In this document: positions 1 to 9,826 of the stretch, piece by piece
Numbering within the stretch: position 1 is the stretch's first letter
Layout of the letters: every line of letters begins with the position of its first letter
Assembly: GCA_019056805.1 (NCBI GenBank)
Contig: DXJG01000003.1
Span: forward strand, 1-32,000
DNA from: Candidatus Baldrarchaeota archaeon
GTDB taxonomy: Archaea; Asgardarchaeota; Baldrarchaeia; Baldrarchaeales; DXJG01
DNA length: 32,000 nucleotides
Direction of reading: 5' to 3'
Notes under the pieces: model-generated
The model's input: the letters and a program-made list of their open reading frames with translations, nothing else
What the model was told of the DNA's origin: nothing
The model's database searches: none
Made by a program: the position numbers and the translations under genes

Positions 1-46
1 CTCCGCCATGCCAAGGCGGCGCTCTACCAGACTGAGCTACGGGCCC
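1..46 (-). tRNA. tRNA-Ala(GGC), 5' part only (3' end runs off the window start)
   Basis: Reverse complement reads GGGCCCGTAGCTCAGTCTGGTAGAGCGCCGCCTTGGCATGGCGGAG: typical archaeal Ala acceptor and D arm; anticodon stem CCGCC/GGCGG, loop TTGGCAT. Confidence 0.93.
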
Positions 47-216
47 ATATCACATTTTCTTTGTATCATTTACCTTTTATTTTTAATGGGTGGTCATATT
101 TCTTTGGGTTTTTGGCTCTGTTTTTCCAAGAACAATCTAACAATTCTAATTAGTTTTGCAACAAATGGTTGAAGGTCATAATTTCGCAAGTAGTTTGGTT
201 AACAATATTTTGGTGA

Positions 217-1008
217 TCAAATGGGTTCGTGTTCATTTTGTAGTATATGATCTCCTGGTGTTTCTCGAGGTTCTGATGTTTTAAGCCTTTTAGCCAGTTT
301 TATTGCTGCATTTGCTAATCTCAGTGCCTGTATTGCTAGATCTTTGTTTTTAGCTATTATATAGTTTTGTGCTGCTATTATATCTGGTGCCAATTTTAAT
401 TCATTTACAGCTTCTTCTATATCTTTTGGTAACTCCTCCGTAGGGAAATTTAATCTCCAAAGTTCCGATATTCTAAAAACTTTTAGTCCTCTTTCCTCAT
501 CTATTTTCTTCATTTCTTCTCTTAGTTTCTCTATTTCATGTTTAAGTTGTTGAACTTCTTCTCTTTTTTCAGTTAATTCTTGTTTTAATTCTTGTATTGT
601 TTTAATTTGTTGTATCACTCTTAGTCCTGCACGGATTATCGCATTTTCCAATTCTTTTACTATAAAATCTATATTAACATGTTCAAGATCATGTCCATAT
701 GGTAATTTCATTCTTTCTACATGCCCCACTTTTCCTTGAAGCATCTCAGCCAACTTCTCTGCAAGTTGTCTTCCCGGTTTATCCGCATCTGTCGCAATTA
801 ACGCTAAGTCTGCTCCTTCTATTGCCTTAAGAGCCAACTCTGGATTAGTTGTAGGTATTATTGCTGATATCGTTATATTATACTGAGAACCTAGAGCAAG
901 TTTTTGCACAGCTTTTGAAAGAGCTTCCACATCTGATGCTCCCTCTACTACTATCCTTACATCTATTGGTTGAGAAGTTACATAAGATTGAGGTTTTTCC
1001 TCATTCAT
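217..1008 (-). CDS. TOPRIM-domain protein (RNase M5/small primase-like) with C-terminal coiled coil
   Basis: Toprim motifs RIVVEGASD and ATDADKPG; E/K-rich heptad region at about aa 135-175; ATG overlaps the rpl37e stop (TAATG). Confidence 0.75.
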   Translation of the reverse strand: MNEEKPQSYVTSQPIDVRIVVEGASDVEALSKAVQKLALGSQYNITISAIIPTTNPELALKAIEGADLALIATDADKPGRQLAEKLAEMLQGKVGHVERMKLPYGHDLEHVNIDFIVKELENAIIRAGLRVIQQIKTIQELKQELTEKREEVQQLKHEIEKLREEMKKIDEERGLKVFRISELWRLNFPTEELPKDIEEAVNELKLAPDIIAAQNYIIAKNKDLAIQALRLANAAIKLAKRLKTSEPRETPGDHILQNEHEPI

Positions 1009-1193
1009 TATTTAATCCTCACTTTGTTAACCTTTTTATTTTGCCAACTATAGTTCCTGATTCTCTTAGATCTTCCAAAGCCACATGCTGCACAATACTT
1101 TTTCCTTACGTGATACGATCTTCTACCGCATCTTCTGCATCTTATATGTACTTTTTTGTTCCTTTTCCCCATGGATGGTGTGCCCTTACCCAA
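1008..1193 (-). CDS. rpl37e: 50S ribosomal protein L37e (eL37)
   Basis: [28 protein letters not shown]...CAACGFG zinc-finger signature. Confidence 0.98.
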   Translation of the reverse strand: MGKGTPSMGKRNKKVHIRCRRCGRRSYHVRKKYCAACGFGRSKRIRNYSWQNKKVNKVRIK

Positions 1194-1210
1194 AGATGTT
1201 CACCTCTATT

Positions 1211-1444
1211 TTATTTTAGTGGAGGCGGCGAAATAATTACTACATTGTCACCCCTCACTATTACAGTACCTAATTTCCTTGTATTATTTTCCTCTAAGAT
1301 TTCCTCTGCCTCATCCAGTATTAGATTCATATGCATATCGAATCCTCTTAATTTTCCTCTAAGTTCTCTTCCACCCTTTAATTTTACTAGCACCTGCATG
1401 TCTATCGATTTTTGTAGTAGGTCGAGTGTTTTTGATCTACTCAT
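1211..1444 (-). CDS. Sm-like (Lsm/SmAP1) RNA-binding protein
   Basis: Sm1/Sm2 motifs LRGFDMHMNLILDEAEE and IVRGDNV; start moved to ATG 1444 (MSRSKTL), downstream of GAGGAG; conserved Sm-L37e linkage. Confidence 0.95.
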   Translation of the reverse strand: MSRSKTLDLLQKSIDMQVLVKLKGGRELRGKLRGFDMHMNLILDEAEEILEENNTRKLGTVIVRGDNVVIISPPPLK

Positions 1445-1527
1445 ATCATGTCTCCTCACGGAAAGAATAAATAGCTGCAATTGGCTTCTTATTCAGGGAT
1501 TATTTAAATTTTTCTGGAGTGGTAAAT

Positions 1528-2037
1528 ATGAAAGTTAGGAAGCGCCACTTCTTAAAGAGCGGTGAAATTAAGACCTTAAAGAATCTTATCGCAGAAAATT
1601 TAGGTTCAAATGCCCTAGACATTATTCCTAAGAAGGCCACTATTGAATTAATAGTATTTGATGACGGTTCCCGCTTATATATGGTGAATGGAGAACCATA
1701 TTTTTTGGAGAAGAATAATAAAATTTTTCCAACAATATGGTTTCTCGATAAGTTCTCTATGGATATTCCCAAAGTTGTCATAAATTTGGGTGCCGTAATG
1801 CGTGTTAGTAAGGGTGCTGATGTCATGATACCTGGTATTACACACATTAATAAAAATATCAAAGAAGGAGATATTGTTGTAGTTGTTGATGAAAAGCATG
1901 AAAGAGTTATAGCTGTTGGCCTTGCATTAATGAGTTCCGATAAAATAAAAGAATCTGAAAAGGGTAGGGCAATACGCAATATCCATCACGTTGGCGATAA
2001 ATTGTGGAAAACCGTTAATGAGATATTGAAGAGCTAA
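1528..2037 (+). CDS. PUA-domain RNA-binding protein (Tma20/MCT-1-like)
   Basis: VVINLGAVMRVSKGADVMIPGI and GRAIRNIHHVGDKLW are typical of the family; ATG 1528 follows GGAGTGG (alternative GTG 1519). Confidence 0.88.
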   Translation: MKVRKRHFLKSGEIKTLKNLIAENLGSNALDIIPKKATIELIVFDDGSRLYMVNGEPYFLEKNNKIFPTIWFLDKFSMDIPKVVINLGAVMRVSKGADVMIPGITHINKNIKEGDIVVVVDEKHERVIAVGLALMSSDKIKESEKGRAIRNIHHVGDKLWKTVNEILKS

Positions 2038-2066
2038 CTATAAGTAGTAAAGGTGGGAAGTAAGGT

Positions 2067-2489
2067 TTGAGTTTTCTTAAAAAAATGCTAAAAACATCAA
2101 AAAAGAAGGAAGAAGAAAAAAAGAGATGTGAAGATACATCTGATGTTATAAAAGTTTTAGAGGAGTTAAAAGTGTTTGATAATACGGAAGATAAAATTAC
2201 AAGTGAGGCGGAGGAATTAGAACTGTTAAGTGAAATTTACCTTAAAACTTTCACCCTTTCTGATCTTTCTGATGTTAAATACGTCGAAGAAGAGTTAAAA
2301 CAAGGTAACATCGTAATTCTGAATGTTTACCCCCTCATGGAGAACTCTCCAGTAAATTGTAAACGAGCAATTGAAAGATTAAGAGCGATCTGCAAGGTTC
2401 TCAACGGAAACATGAGAAGTCTAGGCGGACAATACATCATTGTCACTCCACATTTCATAAGAATTCAAGAAGGAAAAAGAAAAGTATGA
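2067..2489 (+). CDS. sepF: cell division protein SepF
   Basis: C-terminal SepF core (EELKQGNIVILN...RAIERLR...GNMRSLGGQYIIVTP); conserved position after the PUA protein; TTG start. Confidence 0.85.
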   Translation: MSFLKKMLKTSKKKEEEKKRCEDTSDVIKVLEELKVFDNTEDKITSEAEELELLSEIYLKTFTLSDLSDVKYVEEELKQGNIVILNVYPLMENSPVNCKRAIERLRAICKVLNGNMRSLGGQYIIVTPHFIRIQEGKRKV

Positions 2490-2504
2490 AATTCACATGA
2501 ATAG

Positions 2505-4421
2505 TCAGCGTAGTCTTATAGTCTCTAAATTATACGGTACTCGTGTTTCAACTCTAAACTTCTTATGGATCGCATTTGCGAGACTTATACATTTATTGTT
2601 TTCACCATGACAAGTAATCACTCTTTCTGGTTTTGGTGTAATTTGTTGAAGATAACTAAGCAACTGTCTCCTATCAGAATGCCCTGAAAATCCTTCTATG
2701 GTATGCACTTCCATTTTAACGTTGACTACTTCTATTTTTCCATCCCTATTTCTCATCGGTATTTCTCTCCAGCCTTTTTGTACTCTTCTTCCAAGGGTTC
2801 CTTCGATTTGATAGCTTACAAAGATTATACTATTTCTAGGATCAGACGCGAGAAGTCTAAAGTATTCCACGCTGGGACCTCCAGTGAGCATACCTGATGT
2901 TGACATGATTATACAAGGTTCTCCCTCAACAATATCAGTTCTAGCTTCTTTGCTATCTACTTGGACAAAATAGTCTGCAAGGAAAGGATTGTGTCCTTCA
3001 TGGAATATTTTATCTCTCAAGCTTTTTGCTAGATATTCTGGGTGTGTTGTATGAATTGCAGTGGCTTCCGATATCATTCCATCGATGTATATAGGGACTT
3101 CTTTGATTAATCCTCTCCTCATGTAATCTTCTAATACAAGCATCATTTCTTGAGCTCTTCCAACAGCCAGAACAGGGATAAGAACTTTTCCGCGACGTTC
3201 TATTGTGGCATTTACTATTCTCATAAGTTGTCTTTCAGCATCTTTTCTAGGCGGTATTATATCATTTGGAGCTCCATAAGTACTTTCCATAATCAATGTT
3301 TCCAAACGTGGAAAGGTGTGGGTAGCTGGTTCCAGTAATCTTGTTTTTGCAAATTTGAAGTCTCCTGTATAAGCAATATTGTATAATCCTTCACCTATAT
3401 GGAGATGCACTATTGAAGAGCCAAGTATGTGTCCAGCGTTGTGGAGGGTTAGTCTTATATCTGGTGCTATATCTGTTACCTCTCCGTACTCCAAAGGTAT
3501 TGTGTGCATTATAGCTTTTTTTATGTCTTTTTGACTATACGGTAAAAGTTTTCCTTCTCTTTCAGCTACATCAAGATAATCTAATTGAAGAAGAATCATA
3601 AGGTTTCTTGTAGCTTGTGTACAATATACAGGGCCCTCATAACCATATTTAAAAAGAAAAGGCACAAACCCGCTGTGATCCAAATGAGCATGAGTAACTA
3701 CTACTGCATCCAATTCTTCTATGTCAAATTCAGGCGCGTCTAAGTGCGGAAACGCATATTCTGGTGAACCTACATTTACTCCACAATCAATCAACACGCT
3801 ACTTTCAGAAGTCCTAACTAAAATCGCAGTCCTACCTACTTCCCTAAAACCCCCTAACGTTGACAATCTTATCCATTCATCTTTAACTAAAATTGGTCTA
3901 TGAATTCTCTGACCTATATTTTTGAGTATTCTTTTACGTTGATCGCTCTCCGATTGTATAATACTTCTTATTAGTCCTATGGTCTTAGATTGAAGTGGAG
4001 GGCTTCTTACCACGGATGGCCTCCAAAATGTTCTCTTTATAATTTCTCTTAGAGTTACTCCACTTCTACCTATGACAAGCCCAGGCTTTTTAGCTTCTAT
4101 AATAACTTCACCAACATTATGATCAAACATTATGTTAGTTATCTCTGCTTCCTGTGGGACAATCTCTAAAATCAGCTTTTTTGTCTCTTCTGGGCCGAGT
4201 CGTATACTAGGATCTGACCTAATTACGATTCTTTTTCTTAATCGCTTCGCAATTTCCTTTATAATATCTCCATTTTCCAACAAAACTTTTGGGTTTTTCG
4301 AATAGACTGCTATTTCTGGCCCTTCAAGTTCTAGTGATGTTATTTGGGCAGTTTCTGGTAAACTTTTCAATATTTGTTGTTTTAATTCGCTGAATATGTC
4401 TATGACTTCTTCTCTAGCCAA
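2505..4421 (-). CDS. fttA: aCPSF1/FttA, KH + metallo-beta-lactamase/beta-CASP ribonuclease (transcription termination factor)
   Basis: 638 aa; N-terminal KH region (KPGLVIG), MBL motif THAHLDHSG, NAGHILGS, MESTYG, FSGHSD, CHGE. Confidence 0.96.
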   Translation of the reverse strand: MAREEVIDIFSELKQQILKSLPETAQITSLELEGPEIAVYSKNPKVLLENGDIIKEIAKRLRKRIVIRSDPSIRLGPEETKKLILEIVPQEAEITNIMFDHNVGEVIIEAKKPGLVIGRSGVTLREIIKRTFWRPSVVRSPPLQSKTIGLIRSIIQSESDQRKRILKNIGQRIHRPILVKDEWIRLSTLGGFREVGRTAILVRTSESSVLIDCGVNVGSPEYAFPHLDAPEFDIEELDAVVVTHAHLDHSGFVPFLFKYGYEGPVYCTQATRNLMILLQLDYLDVAEREGKLLPYSQKDIKKAIMHTIPLEYGEVTDIAPDIRLTLHNAGHILGSSIVHLHIGEGLYNIAYTGDFKFAKTRLLEPATHTFPRLETLIMESTYGAPNDIIPPRKDAERQLMRIVNATIERRGKVLIPVLAVGRAQEMMLVLEDYMRRGLIKEVPIYIDGMISEATAIHTTHPEYLAKSLRDKIFHEGHNPFLADYFVQVDSKEARTDIVEGEPCIIMSTSGMLTGGPSVEYFRLLASDPRNSIIFVSYQIEGTLGRRVQKGWREIPMRNRDGKIEVVNVKMEVHTIEGFSGHSDRRQLLSYLQQITPKPERVITCHGENNKCISLANAIHKKFRVETRVPYNLETIRLR

Positions 4422-4712
4422 ATTAATCCCTCTTCTTTTAGTGTTTCATCGTTCCTTATAAAATCCCAATCAAATATACAAATAAGTGAATTAGGTTATT
4501 CGTAGAGTTGAAATTATTTCTATAATGCCAGTAATTAGAAATTTTGTCATAATGTACCCTCAAATACAGAAAGTATAGCATCTAAAAATCGTTTATACTA
4601 CATCATTAGGTGTGAAACTTAAACTATTTAAAAGTTTCGAAATAGTTATCATCTTGGCTAGCCTCAAATATAAATAACAGCTTAGAAAATTAATATCTCG
4701 GTTGGAGAAAAC

Positions 4713-5159
4713 ATGACAAACAAGGTCACTTTAGTGGGAATTAAACAAGCAAAAAGGGGATTTAAATTCGTGCATCTCGGGCCATCAGAACTATGCGACA
4801 ATTGTCCCCTTTATAACACCTGCATGGGAAACTTAGAAAAGGGGAGAGTATATGAGGTTATTGAAGTACGAAATATAAAACATTCATGTAGCTTACATGA
4901 AGAAGGAGTAATGGTTGTTGAAGTCCAGGAAGCCGAGATAGAAGCAATTATTGACAAAAAAGCAGCATTTGAAGGAGCTATAATAACTTTTCACTTTCAA
5001 GAATGTTCTGAAAATAACTGTAAATTTTTAAAATTATGTTTCCCTCTAGGTTTAAAAGATGGAGATAAATGTAAAATAAAAGAAATTAAAGATAAAAAAA
5101 TAGAATGCAAATTAGGAAAAAAACTAGCTCTTGTACGATTAAAAAGAATGGAAAGTTAA
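4713..5159 (+). CDS. UPF0179 family protein (Cys-rich archaeal conserved protein)
   Basis: N-terminal VTLVG..AKRG..F, CDNCPLYNTC, KHSCSLHE and C-terminal Cys motifs match my recollection of the family; SD GGAGA. Confidence 0.8.
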   Translation: MTNKVTLVGIKQAKRGFKFVHLGPSELCDNCPLYNTCMGNLEKGRVYEVIEVRNIKHSCSLHEEGVMVVEVQEAEIEAIIDKKAAFEGAIITFHFQECSENNCKFLKLCFPLGLKDGDKCKIKEIKDKKIECKLGKKLALVRLKRMES

Positions 5160-5182
5160 TCAGTATTTCGATATATCACCAT

Positions 5183-5932
5183 TTATGAGATAGCTTCCCC
5201 TTCCTCTTCTACCTCTTCCTTTTTTCTTTTGATCTCTTCGATAAATTGTACAGAATTTATTTTGGGAAAGTGTTTATGAATGTCCGACGCTATACCAAGT
5301 TTAGCGTATTGTATATTTTCAAGAAGAAAAACTTCATTTGGCATATTTACTTTTACAACATCATCTTCGATCTTAACTTCTAACTTTTCCTCATCGATTC
5401 CTCTTAACCTTCGCCCTATAAGGGCTTTAATTTTTTCCAAATCATCTTTTAGCTTCTTTCTTACAAAAACTTCATAAACAAGGGTTTTTCCTGCGAGAGG
5501 GTGATTGAAATCAACCCGAACCCTGCCGCTAGTAACCATACGAATAGTACCAACTTTTCCATTTATTGTAACTCTCATTCCAGGTTTAGGTGTTATTCCA
5601 CTCTTTCTAAATTCCCTCATGGGTACAACTTTTATCTTTTTTAAGTCCCTTTCCCCAAATCCCTTCTCTGGTGGAACTTTTATTTCTGCTTTTTCACCCA
5701 CTTTTAAACCTATCAACCCTTCCTCAAACCCTTTAATAAACCATCCTTCACCTACAACAACAAGTTTGGGCTTATAGATGCCATCTTCCTTATAGATTTT
5801 CTCCTTTTTCGCTACATCTTCGAGTGTTAGATCAATAATTTCTCCGGTTTCCTCAATACGAGCAACGTAATCCACTATTATAAAATCTCCTTCCTGAACA
5901 GCGTCTTTCTCCTCAACCATGCTTTCAGACAT
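5183..5932 (-). CDS. long-type FKBP peptidyl-prolyl cis-trans isomerase (SlyD-like)
   Basis: GDFIIVDY, VVVGEGWFIKGFEEGL, VPPEKGFG, VDFNHPLAGKTLVYEV plus the archaeal C-terminal domain. Confidence 0.93.
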   Translation of the reverse strand: MSESMVEEKDAVQEGDFIIVDYVARIEETGEIIDLTLEDVAKKEKIYKEDGIYKPKLVVVGEGWFIKGFEEGLIGLKVGEKAEIKVPPEKGFGERDLKKIKVVPMREFRKSGITPKPGMRVTINGKVGTIRMVTSGRVRVDFNHPLAGKTLVYEVFVRKKLKDDLEKIKALIGRRLRGIDEEKLEVKIEDDVVKVNMPNEVFLLENIQYAKLGIASDIHKHFPKINSVQFIEEIKRKKEEVEEEGEAIS

Positions 5933-6008
5933 ATTTCATCCCTCTTTAAATAATACGCACTAATCGAAACAACGATCCATCTTTAAAATTATCGCTTTTA
6001 TGTAAGTC

Positions 6009-6549
6009 TTATCTTCCCCTCCTCAAGTACCAACCTCTATCAAGTATATTCTTAACTATAACTCGTCCAACTTTCTTAGCATGTCTACTTGGATATCTTA
6101 CTAACACACCTAAACCCAATGGTTCATAAAATTTGTTAAAAACAATTACTTTATCTCCTGTTTGGACTAGCGAACCAACCTTAATAACAGATTCTTCTAA
6201 AATATCTCGACCATAAAGAAAGAGTTGTTCCCCTTTCTCAGATACAACAACACCCTTTTCCCTACCATATCTAGAAATTAACCATAACCCTTCCAAACTA
6301 ATCTTAAATTCCTTATTAATTTCACCGAAAAAATAATCCCAAATAATAAGGCATCCTTACATCCTTTAGTTTTTTTAAAACACTATAAACTTCCATTGGC
6401 ACCAAAAAAACTTCCTTAATTTTTCCTTCTCCAATAACTAAAACTTTTCCTGAAGTGATTTTCTCAAGAATATCTTTTCCAATCCATTCATGTAAGCTTT
6501 TTCGTATTTTTGATTCTTCCTTTACAGTGGCTTCTCTAAACTTTATCAT
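6009..6549 (-). CDS. nip7: ribosome biogenesis protein NIP7 (PUA domain), interrupted by a +1 frameshift at the T6 run (6328-6333)
   Basis: ORF 6549-6322 (SD GGAGG + ATG) ends LFFR*; skipping one nt gives LFFGEINKEFKISLEGLWL..., which joins ORF 6009-6296 (EKGEQLFLYGRDI...KNILDRGWYLRRG) into a 179-aa NIP7; lies next to NOP2/RsmB as in many archaea. Confidence 0.85.
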
Positions 6550-7516
6550 CTAATTCCTCCCTCAATTTTAACTTGCATATAAAGAATCCTTGTGTTCCAT
6601 GAATATGAGGATAAAATCTTGCTGCTTTTCGTAGTTCTTCTCTAACCTTGTACCCAAAAAATTCAGTAAAACCGGATAATCCATCTTTTAAACTTATTTT
6701 TTCCACAGAAACAGGAAATTGCTCTAGAATGCGATGAATCACAAGTTCATTCTCTTCGGGAGCAATACTACACGTCGAATACACTACAACCCCATTTTCT
6801 TTTAAACATTTCAATAAAGCAGAAAGCATAGATATTTGCAAGGTGGAACAATACTTTATATCTTCAATTAATCGACTCTTTTTACGAGATTTATCTATGG
6901 GAATTAATCCCTCTCCGGTACACGGAGCATCCAAAAGAATCTTATCAACTTTTATACCAAATTTTGGAAGATCTCTGGCATCCATCCTGTAAGCAATAAC
7001 ATTTTCAACCCCGAGTCTAGATAAATTAGATCTTAAAGCTTTCATACGTTCTCTATTAATATCAATAGCCAAAATAACACCTTTATTTTCCATTAATTGA
7101 GCTATCTGACTAGTTTTTCCTCCAGGTGCAGCGGCGGCATCAATGATTATCTCCCCAGGCTTAGGGTCCAAAACATGAACCGGCAAAAGGGATCCCATGC
7201 CTTTATGAATATAATAATACCCCATCAAATATTCTGTAGTAGATCCAAGTGAAAAGGGAGATTTAACGACTTGAAATGCATAATCAATCCATGGAACTTT
7301 TTCTAGTTTAAATCCCTTTGCAAGAAGTCTGTTAATTAAAGATTTAACACTTATTTTTAAAGTATTACATCTAATTACAGGGTTTAAGGGCTTTTCATTT
7401 GCCTCCAAAAGTTTAATAGTTTCGTCTTCACCGAAAAGTTCAAGGTATCTTTCAATCATATATGTGTGATAACCATACTTCTCCGCTAATTTCTTGGCTA
7501 AACCTTTATCAATCAA
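6536..7516 (-). CDS. NOL1/NOP2/RsmB-family RNA m5C methyltransferase
   Basis: IDAAAAPGGKTSQ (SAM motif), LLDAPCTGEG (motif IV Cys), VYSTCSI..EENE (motif VI Cys), RFYPHIHGTQGFFICKL. Confidence 0.93.
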   Translation of the reverse strand: MIDKGLAKKLAEKYGYHTYMIERYLELFGEDETIKLLEANEKPLNPVIRCNTLKISVKSLINRLLAKGFKLEKVPWIDYAFQVVKSPFSLGSTTEYLMGYYYIHKGMGSLLPVHVLDPKPGEIIIDAAAAPGGKTSQIAQLMENKGVILAIDINRERMKALRSNLSRLGVENVIAYRMDARDLPKFGIKVDKILLDAPCTGEGLIPIDKSRKKSRLIEDIKYCSTLQISMLSALLKCLKENGVVVYSTCSIAPEENELVIHRILEQFPVSVEKISLKDGLSGFTEFFGYKVREELRKAARFYPHIHGTQGFFICKLKLREELDDKV

Positions 7517-7612
7517 ATAATATCACCAAAATTTTAACAAGCTATTTAAAGAACCTGAACAACGTGTTCTCCGTTACCTCAAATAATGCTTTTGAGGTTT
7601 ATAAGCCAATTG

Positions 7613-8287
7613 TTAAACATCAAAAACATTTAAAAACTTATATTTAATTTGCAAATCATTTCCTATATCCACTATCGCTATATATCCATTTGCAGAGGCA
7701 CCAGGATTAATAATATATACCCCGTTTAGTTTATCAACACCCCTTCCTTCATGAATATGGCCATGAACACCCATTAAAGGCTTATATTGTAAAATAAACT
7801 TCCTAACAGACTTACTTCCTACATGAAGACCAGCAAAAGTTAAATCAAGAGCAGTATTATACGGAGGATCATGAGAAACTAAAATTATACGGTTAAAATC
7901 AGCAACTTCGCTTATAGCCCTTTCTAATAAACTCCAAATCTCATTTTCACTTAATTCAAAAGGAGTACCAAAAGGCGTAAGAGAAGATCCGCCCACACCA
8001 ATAAAGCCAAAATCATCCATACAAAACAGTTTACCATGAATACACGCAGCACCTTCAACTTTAACATCAACAAGCTTCTCAGGATCACAATTACCCGGCA
8101 CGAACAATAACTCTAAACCACTTTCAGAAAACTTTTCCAAAACTTCAATGCCATTGTCAACAGAGCCGAAATCTGTTAAATCACCGCAAAAAACTATAAA
8201 ATTACATTGAAATTTCCGAACACATGAAATTATCCTTGAAATCACACCAACATTCCCGTGGAGATCAGAGACGACACAAAACTTCAT
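7613..8287 (-). CDS. calcineurin-like metallophosphoesterase (Icc-related)
   Basis: SDLHG, CGDLTD, VPGNCD, SHDPP, HGHIHE motifs; SD GAGGTG. Confidence 0.92.
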   Translation of the reverse strand: MKFCVVSDLHGNVGVISRIISCVRKFQCNFIVFCGDLTDFGSVDNGIEVLEKFSESGLELLFVPGNCDPEKLVDVKVEGAACIHGKLFCMDDFGFIGVGGSSLTPFGTPFELSENEIWSLLERAISEVADFNRIILVSHDPPYNTALDLTFAGLHVGSKSVRKFILQYKPLMGVHGHIHEGRGVDKLNGVYIINPGASANGYIAIVDIGNDLQIKYKFLNVFDV

Positions 8288-8562
8288 GTCAACACCTCAA
8301 CAAGCTACATTACTATCGTAAATTTTTATTCCATAAACTACCAAGATAATTAAGAGTATGTATGATTAACCACCACTCAGTCTAATACATCTTAAGATAC
8401 CTAAACATATCACCGTATAGTTTTATGCGATTTCTTAAAATAGAACAAACAAAAATAAGTTTTTAGCCTTATTTAAGAGTTATGATGCTATTTACGGTAG
8501 TATTTCACCGCAAAACTTCACACGAATTTCATGTAATTTTCATACATTAACATTAGTAAAAC

Positions 8563-8570
8563 TTTAAATC
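8563..8570 (+). promoter_or_regulatory. putative BRE/TATA of fae-hps
   Basis: GTAAAAC-TTTAAATC about 50 nt upstream of the TTG start and GGAGG SD. Confidence 0.4.
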
Positions 8571-8620
8571 AACAATTCCCTTGTATTCAATGCCGATGCA
8601 AAATATGTGGAGGTTTATGA

Positions 8621-9826
8621 TTGACTTATCTTATTGGCGAGGCCCTTGTCGGAAAAGACGAAGAAATAGCACACATAGAGCTAATAATAGGGGAGAGAAA
8701 TGGACCGGTAGGAAAAGCATTCATAGAAGCTTTTGCGAACCCTAAATATGGTCATACACCATTACTAGCCGTCATTAGGCCAAACCTCCCAACAAAACCC
8801 TGGACACTAATAGTACCTAAAGTAACCATAAAAAACATGGAACAAGCAGACAAGATATTTGGCCCAGCCCAATCAGCAGTCGCAAAAGCAGTTGCAGACG
8901 CTGTAGAAGAAGGGCTAATACCCATGGATAAATTGGAAGAATGGGTAGTAATAGTGAGTGTATTTATACATCCAAAAGCTAAAGATAATAGAAAAATATA
9001 CAATTACAATTATAGCGCAACAAAACTCGCTCTTAAAAGAGCTTTATCAAACTATCCACCTTGGGAGAAAATCATGTATGAAAAAGACAGAGCAGTACAT
9101 CCTATTATAGGACATAGAATAAACCACCGTCTATGGAGACCACCATACCTACAAATAGCCTTAGACATACCAGATATTGAAAAAACCATTCAAATTCTCA
9201 AGCAACTACCAAAAAGTGATAGAATAATCCTAGAAGTAGGAACGCCACTAATTAAAAAATACGGTGTAAGAGTAATAAGAGACATACGGGAGATATCAAA
9301 AAACAAATTCATAATAGCAGACCTAAAAACATTGGATGTAAGCCAAGTAGAAGTGGATATTGCCTTTGAAGAAACAGCAGATGCTGTTGTAGCAAGCGGA
9401 CTAGCGGCACCAGAAACATTAGACAAATTTATCTACGAGGCAAAAAGACTAGGGATATACGCTTTCATAGATATGATGTATGTAGAAAATCCTCTAGAAA
9501 AGTTAAAAGCATTAAAACAACCGCCAGATGGAGTAATACTACACAGAGCAATAGATATAGAGACAAAAGAAGATCTGAGATGGTCTTGGATTAAGAAGAT
9601 AAAAGAGGAATATAAAGGGAAAATATTGTTGGCAGTTGCAGGAGGCATAACGCCACAAGTGGTACCAGAAGCCCTTGAAAACGGTGCAGATATCCTCATA
9701 GTAGGTAGATACATAACTCAAAGTAAAGATGTCGAAAGGTCGACACGTGAGTTTCTAATAAAAATAGCAGAACATACGCCAAAGGAACCAGGAGATATAG
9801 ATCTTTTCAGAGTACATACCGAATAA
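8621..9826 (+). CDS. fae-hps: bifunctional formaldehyde-activating enzyme / 3-hexulose-6-phosphate synthase
   Basis: N-terminal Fae (IGEALVG...[12 protein letters not shown]...[15 protein letters not shown]) fused to an OMPDC-fold HPS domain ([39 protein letters not shown]). Confidence 0.93.
   Translation: MTYLIGEALVGKDEEIAHIELIIGERNGPVGKAFIEAFANPKYGHTPLLAVIRPNLPTKPWTLIVPKVTIKNMEQADKIFGPAQSAVAKAVADAVEEGLIPMDKLEEWVVIVSVFIHPKAKDNRKIYNYNYSATKLALKRALSNYPPWEKIMYEKDRAVHPIIGHRINHRLWRPPYLQIALDIPDIEKTIQILKQLPKSDRIILEVGTPLIKKYGVRVIRDIREISKNKFIIADLKTLDVSQVEVDIAFEETADAVVASGLAAPETLDKFIYEAKRLGIYAFIDMMYVENPLEKLKALKQPPDGVILHRAIDIETKEDLRWSWIKKIKEEYKGKILLAVAGGITPQVVPEALENGADILIVGRYITQSKDVERSTREFLIKIAEHTPKEPGDIDLFRVHTE

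Noticed and set aside
163-178. Exact 16-nt repeat AAATGGTTGAAGGTCA, also at 11019-11034
   Set aside because: One 16-mer match is roughly what chance allows in 32 kb of AT-rich sequence; the second copy lies inside a probable coding frame and the flanks do not align.
67-190. 40-codon TTG-started minus-strand ORF between the Toprim gene and tRNA-Ala
   Set aside because: No SD, no recognisable motif, and it overlaps the likely tRNA promoter region.
861-1538. 225-aa plus-strand ORF, and the many other antisense or overlapping ORFs in the track (e.g. 1500-1979, 17620-18078, 22775-23056, 23484-23882, 30740-31054)
   Set aside because: They lie opposite or inside well-identified conserved genes, have no SD or recognisable motifs, and show shadow-ORF composition.
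7576-7598. Hairpin ACCTCAAA-taatgct-TTTGAGGT between the phosphoesterase and m5C MTase genes
   Set aside because: A single 8-bp AT-rich stem with no supporting motif; archaeal termination does not need hairpins.
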